From Candidatus Omnitrophota bacterium (lineage in GTDB: Bacteria; Omnitrophota; Gorgyraeia; Zapsychrales; JBAZNR01): a stretch of 64,000 nt of DNA. Positions 59,390-64,000 of the stretch are shown here, piece after piece. Each line of letters starts with the position of its first letter. Positions within the stretch are counted from its first letter, which is position 1. The stretch lies in contig JBAZNR010000003.1 in NCBI GenBank assembly GCA_041649175.1, positions 207,449 through 271,448 on the forward strand, in the 5' to 3' direction. A model generated the notes under the pieces. The model was given only the letters and a program-made list of their open reading frames with translations, was not told the DNA's origin and made no database searches. Both the position numbers and the translations under genes were made by a program.

Positions 59390-61567
59390 ATGAACATTTT
59401 TTCAATACCACCTTTTATAATTTCATTATTCCAAATTGCTCTTGGAGTAATAGTTTATACTCGAAATCAAAAGAATATTCTTAATCGCTTATTTGCGCTC
59501 CTATGTTTTGTAAGCAGCATGTGGCTACTTTTTTATTCTTTTGGATATGGAAGAGGGAATAGTGAGCAAAATGCAGATTTATTCTTTAGAATCGGTTACA
59601 CCGGTGTTATTTTTATTGCAGTCATTGCATTTCACTATACATTAAAATTTCTACGAGTCCAGAATATTCAGCTGCTTATAATTTCTGCATATTTCTTAGG
59701 CATGATTTGGGTTTCTTTGTTATGGGCATCTCATTTGTTAATAGACAAAGTAAGGCTTTACTCTTGGGGATATTATCCACAGGCAGGTATTTTACATCCC
59801 CTGTTCCTAGTTTTCTTTATTGGGATTGCTAGCACAATTTCGACAATGTTATTTTATTTTTTCTGGAAAAAAAGAGATCAGCTATCAACTCGGCAAATTT
59901 CTCAAATTAAATACCTCTTTCTTGCTTTATTTGTCTATAACTTTGCTTCGGTTGACTTTTTACCAAACTACGGACTTGAAATATATCCACTTGGCTACTT
60001 GCCTGCATTCATCTTTCTAATTGTTATTGGATATACAATAATTCGATATCGTTTAATGGATATTTCATTGGCAATCACTCGAACAAGTATTTTCATAGCA
60101 ACGTATTCACTCATTCTTGGCATTCCCTTTGCTCTCGCCTTTGGATATCAGGAGAGATTGATTTCTGCTCTTGGAAAAAATTGGTGGATGGTGCCTTTGA
60201 TCAGTTCGACCGTGCTTGCTACCGCTGGGCCGTTTATTTATCTTTTTATCCAAAAAAGGGCGGAGGATAGATTACTACAGGAACAGCGCCGTTATCAGAT
60301 GACGCTTCGTCAAGCTTCCAGCGGGATGAGTAAGATCAAGGATCTAAAGAAACTTTTAAGGATGATCGTCCACATTGTGACCCGAACTGTTCATTTGGAG
60401 CACAGCCAGGTTTATCTGTACGACAGCACTGATAAGAAATTCTTCCTGGAAGCGACCCGCAATAAAGGCGCGACTAAGCCTAGCGCTGTTATCAGCATTG
60501 ATTCGCCCCTCATCAGATATTTGTTTGGCATGCGCGAACCCATTGTCTACGAAGAAATAAAGCAGCGTACGCAAGATTATAGCGATGCTGAATTAAGTCA
60601 AGTTGAAGAAAACCTTCGTCAGCTGGATGCCGCTGTTGTTATTCCCAGTTTTGTGGAAAATAAATTATTGGCGATCATTGTTTTAGGAAAAAAACTTTCC
60701 GGAAAACTCTATAGCGAAGACGATTTGGCGGTGTTTTCTATTCTGGCCAACCAGGCGGCGCTTGCCATTGAGAATGCTCAATTTTACGAAGATATTAAGC
60801 GCACTCAAGAACAGCTTTTTCAAGCTGAAAAAATGGCCACCATCGGGACCATGGCCGACGGGCTTTCCCACCAGATCAATAATCGTTTGCACGCGCTTGG
60901 ATTTATTGCCGGCGACGCCTTAGACACCATCCGCCTAAAAAAAGAGATCAAAACACCCGAGGAGGCGCAAAGCATTTTAGCCGATCTGGAGCGCTCGCTT
61001 ACTCGCATTCAAGATAATGTCAAGCAAGGCGGAGAAGTTGTTCAGGGGCTTTTGAAATACACCCGTAAAGGCGAAGCCGGATTTTCTCCGGTGGATTTTA
61101 GCCAGCTATTAACGGCTTCTATTGAAATGGCCGGATATAAAGTTAAACTTGATCAGATCTCGATTGTTAAAGATTTCTCCGAAGATATCCCGAAGATCCT
61201 GGGGAATTTTACCCAGCTTCAGGAAGTGTTTTTTAATTTGATCGATAATGCGTATGACGCTATGATGCAAAGGAAAGTTGAGCAGAAAGAGCCCGACTAT
61301 AAAGGGAAAATAAATATTTCCGCGAGACGGCTGGAGGGTAAAATAGAGATCGGTGTTTTGGATAATGGCATTGGCGTTAAGGATGAAGATTCCCGAAAAC
61401 TGTTTACGCCGTTTTTTACTACAAAGTTGTCCAGCAAAAAAGGAACAGGGTTAGGGCTTTACGTTATCCAAAAGATCATTGAAGATAATCATGGCGGAAA
61501 AGTTTCCATGTCGTCGGAATATATGACGGGAACGCTTGTTACGATATTATTGCCAACAGTTAATTAG
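59390..61567 (+). CDS. Sensor histidine kinase: 7TM receptor module, GAF domain, HisKA, HATPase
   Basis: Seven N-terminal helices; GAF-like central region; 'LSHQINNRLHAL' H-box; 'LIDNAYDAM' N-box; 'DNGIGV...GTGLGLYV' G-boxes. Confidence 0.75.
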   Translation: MNIFSIPPFIISLFQIALGVIVYTRNQKNILNRLFALLCFVSSMWLLFYSFGYGRGNSEQNADLFFRIGYTGVIFIAVIAFHYTLKFLRVQNIQLLIISAYFLGMIWVSLLWASHLLIDKVRLYSWGYYPQAGILHPLFLVFFIGIASTISTMLFYFFWKKRDQLSTRQISQIKYLFLALFVYNFASVDFLPNYGLEIYPLGYLPAFIFLIVIGYTIIRYRLMDISLAITRTSIFIATYSLILGIPFALAFGYQERLISALGKNWWMVPLISSTVLATAGPFIYLFIQKRAEDRLLQEQRRYQMTLRQASSGMSKIKDLKKLLRMIVHIVTRTVHLEHSQVYLYDSTDKKFFLEATRNKGATKPSAVISIDSPLIRYLFGMREPIVYEEIKQRTQDYSDAELSQVEENLRQLDAAVVIPSFVENKLLAIIVLGKKLSGKLYSEDDLAVFSILANQAALAIENAQFYEDIKRTQEQLFQAEKMATIGTMADGLSHQINNRLHALGFIAGDALDTIRLKKEIKTPEEAQSILADLERSLTRIQDNVKQGGEVVQGLLKYTRKGEAGFSPVDFSQLLTASIEMAGYKVKLDQISIVKDFSEDIPKILGNFTQLQEVFFNLIDNAYDAMMQRKVEQKEPDYKGKINISARRLEGKIEIGVLDNGIGVKDEDSRKLFTPFFTTKLSSKKGTGLGLYVIQKIIEDNHGGKVSMSSEYMTGTLVTILLPTVN

Positions 61568-61654
61568 GGGATAGCGGTTAGCGAATAGCGTATAGCACTT
61601 AGGGTTTTGAGGTTATCCGCTAAACGCTGTACGCTACACGCTAAAAAGGAAACT
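61565..61654. repeat. Heptad repeat array: (tagcgNN)x4 followed by the inverse (cgctaNN)x4
   Basis: gatagcggttagcgaatagcgtatagca ... ccgctaaacgctgtacgctacacgctaaaa, between the HK stop and the RR start. Confidence 0.7.
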
Positions 61655-62011
61655 ATGCTAAAACTGCTTATTGTAGATGATGAAGTTGATATTCGAGAAT
61701 TTGCCGGGAATTTTTTCCGCAAACGCCAAATTGATGTTTTTACAGCCTCCGGCGGTAATGAAGCTTTGCGTTTGATCGACCAGGAAAACCCCAATTTAGT
61801 TTTGTTGGACGTGCGCATGGAGGAGATGAACGGCATTGATGTTTTAAAAACTTTGCGAAACCGCAACAATCCTGTTAAAGTTATTATGGTGACCGGAGTA
61901 GAGAACACCGAAACCATCCGCGAAGCCAATTCACTCGGTGTGGCTGGATATATTCACAAGCCGTTGGTTCTGGAAGAATTGGAAAAAGTTGTTTTAAAAG
62001 AACTTCAATAA
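61655..62011 (+). CDS. Single-domain response regulator (CheY-like receiver)
   Basis: 'LLIVDDE', phospho-acceptor 'LVLLDVRM', 'KVIMVTG', 'YIHKP'; SD 'aaagga'. Confidence 0.8.
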   Translation: MLKLLIVDDEVDIREFAGNFFRKRQIDVFTASGGNEALRLIDQENPNLVLLDVRMEEMNGIDVLKTLRNRNNPVKVIMVTGVENTETIREANSLGVAGYIHKPLVLEELEKVVLKELQ

Positions 62012-62044
62012 AAAGGGGATAGGGGTAAGCCCTAAACGCTACGA

Positions 62045-63223
62045 ATGCCCGTCAATTATAAGAAAGAACTCGAATCCGCCAGCAGGTCAATGATCCTCAT
62101 CCATGAGCCGAAAACGCTCATCAAGCTCATTGTGCGTATGATCGTGCGCAAAGTGCAAATAAAGCACGCGGCCATGATCCTATTCGATCCGCAAAAAGAC
62201 GCTTACGTTTTGACCATCTCCAAAGGCGAAACCGGAATAAAGATCCCAGCCGGTTTCGCGCGCTTCGACCGCAATAATCCTCTCATTAAACTTTTTACGC
62301 AAAGAAATGTCAAGCTTCCTGGTAACCGTGACGCGCTTTTAGTTCACGATTTAAACACGCTGCTTTGGCAAGACAGTGTTATAAAAAACGGCAATGGCGA
62401 TGCAAAAGAATTCTTGCACACGGTCGGCCAGCAATTGCAGATGTTTAACGCGGTGGCGTGTGTTCCGGCGTATTTTCAAGATTCGCTTTTAGCTCTTCTT
62501 CTTTTAGGCGAGAAAACGGACGCGACGGGCTTTGACCAAGAAGAATTGGGATTTTTCTCAGCGCTGGCGTCTGATGTCGCCATGGCTATTAAAAACGCCC
62601 AGCTTTTCGATGATCTTAAAAAAGAAGCCGAGCGTAACCGAAGCCTTTTTATCCGCACCACCATTGCCTTGGCGTCCGCCATTGAAGCCAAAGATAAATA
62701 CACGCGCGGCCATACCGAGCGGGTTACCAAATATTCTTTGGCGATAGCTCGTCAAATGGCCGAAAATAAAAGCGTTAATTTTGAAGCGTCTTTTTTTGAA
62801 AATCTTTATATTGCCGGACTTTTGCATGATATCGGTAAAATAGCTATTCCTGAAGCCATTCTTTGCAAGACCGATAAATTAACGGCGGAAGAATTTGAAA
62901 TTATGAAACAGCATCCCGTGCGCGGAGTTGAAATTTTGCGCCCTATTACCGAGTTTGAAGATTGTATTCACGGAGTGAAATATCATCACGAACGCTATGA
63001 CGGGAAAGGTTACCCCGAAGGATTGAAAGGGGAAGATATTCCGATGACGGCGGCTGTTATTGCCGTTGCCGACACCTTTGATGCCATGACGACCAACCGC
63101 ACTTATCGTAAAGCCCTCACCAAAGACGAAGCCATCACTGAGATCAAGAAAAACTCCGGTATTCAATTTAACCCCAAGCCCGCCCGGGCTATTGTGGAGT
63201 TGTTTGAGAAGGGGAAGATTTAG
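62045..63223 (+). CDS. GAF domain fused to HD-GYP phosphohydrolase (putative c-di-GMP phosphodiesterase)
   Basis: 'GLLHDIGKIAIP' HD motif and 'HHERYDGKGYPEGL' GYP motif; N-terminal GAF-like region. Confidence 0.75.
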   Translation: MPVNYKKELESASRSMILIHEPKTLIKLIVRMIVRKVQIKHAAMILFDPQKDAYVLTISKGETGIKIPAGFARFDRNNPLIKLFTQRNVKLPGNRDALLVHDLNTLLWQDSVIKNGNGDAKEFLHTVGQQLQMFNAVACVPAYFQDSLLALLLLGEKTDATGFDQEELGFFSALASDVAMAIKNAQLFDDLKKEAERNRSLFIRTTIALASAIEAKDKYTRGHTERVTKYSLAIARQMAENKSVNFEASFFENLYIAGLLHDIGKIAIPEAILCKTDKLTAEEFEIMKQHPVRGVEILRPITEFEDCIHGVKYHHERYDGKGYPEGLKGEDIPMTAAVIAVADTFDAMTTNRTYRKALTKDEAITEIKKNSGIQFNPKPARAIVELFEKGKI

Positions 63224-63244
63224 GCAAGATCCGGAAAGGCTGCC

Positions 63245-63604
63245 TTAAGACTGCTTTCGAATTGTTTCTAAGATTTCTTCCGACTTAAACGGCTTGACGA
63301 TGTATCCATCAGCTCCTAAACGAATAGCTTCTTGAGCGGTTTCCACACTCTTGTATCCCGTAACCATGACGACCTTAACGTCCGGCCTTGCCTCTTTGAT
63401 CTGCCTTAAAGTTTCCAGGCCATTGACTTTGGGCATTTTAATGTCGATCAAAACAATTCCGATGTCCTTGGAATTCTTTAAGCATTCCAAGCATTGCTCT
63501 CCGCTTTCTGTGGCGATCAGGTCGTAGTGGTCGCTTAAGATAAGCTTTAAGGATTCTCTAATGCTTTCTTCGTCGTCGCAAATTAGTACTTTCAGCTTAG
63601 ACAT
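63245..63604 (-). CDS. Single-domain response regulator (CheY-like receiver)
   Basis: 'KVLICDDE', 'VLIDIKMP', 'VVMVTGY', 'GYIVKP'. Confidence 0.8.
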   Translation of the reverse strand: MSKLKVLICDDEESIRESLKLILSDHYDLIATESGEQCLECLKNSKDIGIVLIDIKMPKVNGLETLRQIKEARPDVKVVMVTGYKSVETAQEAIRLGADGYIVKPFKSEEILETIRKQS

Positions 63605-63647
63605 ATTTTCCTCCGATTGTGTCTGTTGCAGTCATTTTACTTAGTTC

Positions 63648-64000
63648 CTACAGCGATACAGGGCTCGCCATGCACAACGCGCGTGTTGAAGCCTTTCCCT
63701 TATTAGAGAAGCTGTGCGGCAGGGAAGCGTCAAAGTAAAGGGAGTTATTTTTGCTTAAAGAGTAGGTCTCGCCACCGATCTTGGCTTCCAAAGATCCATC
63801 TAAAACATAGAGAAACTTTTCTGTTCCGAACGAACTTTGCTCGACATTTGTCTTTCCGCCCGGCTCCAGCTTAAGTAGAACAGGCATCATTTTCTTATTT
63901 AAGACTTGCGCGGTAAGGATCTCGTAAGAAGACCTATCGCTATGAACAAAGATGCCGGGATCTTTACTTTCTTTTTGAAGGTCAACCTTGCGGTCTTCGG
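63648..64000 (-). CDS. Cupin-domain protein; N-terminus lies beyond the window (reading frame open to position 64000)
   Basis: Cupin_2-like 'KFLYVLDGSLEAKIGGETYSLSKNNSLYFDASLPHSFSN'. The in-frame sequence upstream of the first Met carries no stop up to the window edge. Confidence 0.45.
   Translation of the reverse strand, partial: EDRKVDLQKESKDPGIFVHSDRSSYEILTAQVLNKKMMPVLLKLEPGGKTNVEQSSFGTEKFLYVLDGSLEAKIGGETYSLSKNNSLYFDASLPHSFSNKGKASTRALCMASPVSL

Overview
A 64 kb window of a diderm bacterial chromosome. Genes are almost all on the + strand, GC is moderate-low, and Shine-Dalgarno sites are AGGAG-like. The diderm call rests on Mla, TolC-like, outer-membrane beta-barrel and lipoprotein genes; lineage cannot be fixed from sequence alone, though the 16S does not look like a well-known cultured group. 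The middle holds a complete rrn operon (16S, tRNA-Ile, tRNA-Ala, 23S, 5S) with sigma70-like promoters and a strong terminator. Housekeeping content includes mlaEFD, recG-rsmD-coaD-yceD, and rpmF-plsX-fabH-fabD with a hotdog dehydratase paralog and a KAS.

Notable content, in order of interest:
1. A type II PKS-like locus: active KS, Cys-less CLF-like KS, ACP, SRPBCC cyclase, cyclase-family protein, SDR, MFS exporter, CorA-like channel and a B12-radical-SAM enzyme.
2. A small GIY-YIG ORF sitting between the two arms of a 16-bp palindrome that is identical to the rrn terminator stem 8 kb downstream.
3. A c-di-GMP-I (GEMM) riboswitch followed by two tandem terminator hairpins in front of a small secreted S8 subtilase.
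4. A DHAP-shunt-like MTA/5'-deoxyadenosine salvage cluster: nucleoside phosphorylase, MtnA isomerase plus a tandem half-copy, class II aldolase fused to SCP2, and an aldehyde dehydrogenase.
5. An RsbW/RsbV partner-switching pair transcriptionally joined to mlaEFD and a CHASE2-PP2C phosphatase.
6. A signalling island: two 7TM-receptor histidine kinases, a GAF-HD-GYP protein, two single-domain response regulators, and heptad tagcg/cgcta repeat arrays.

No CRISPR array, transposase or obvious prophage was seen.
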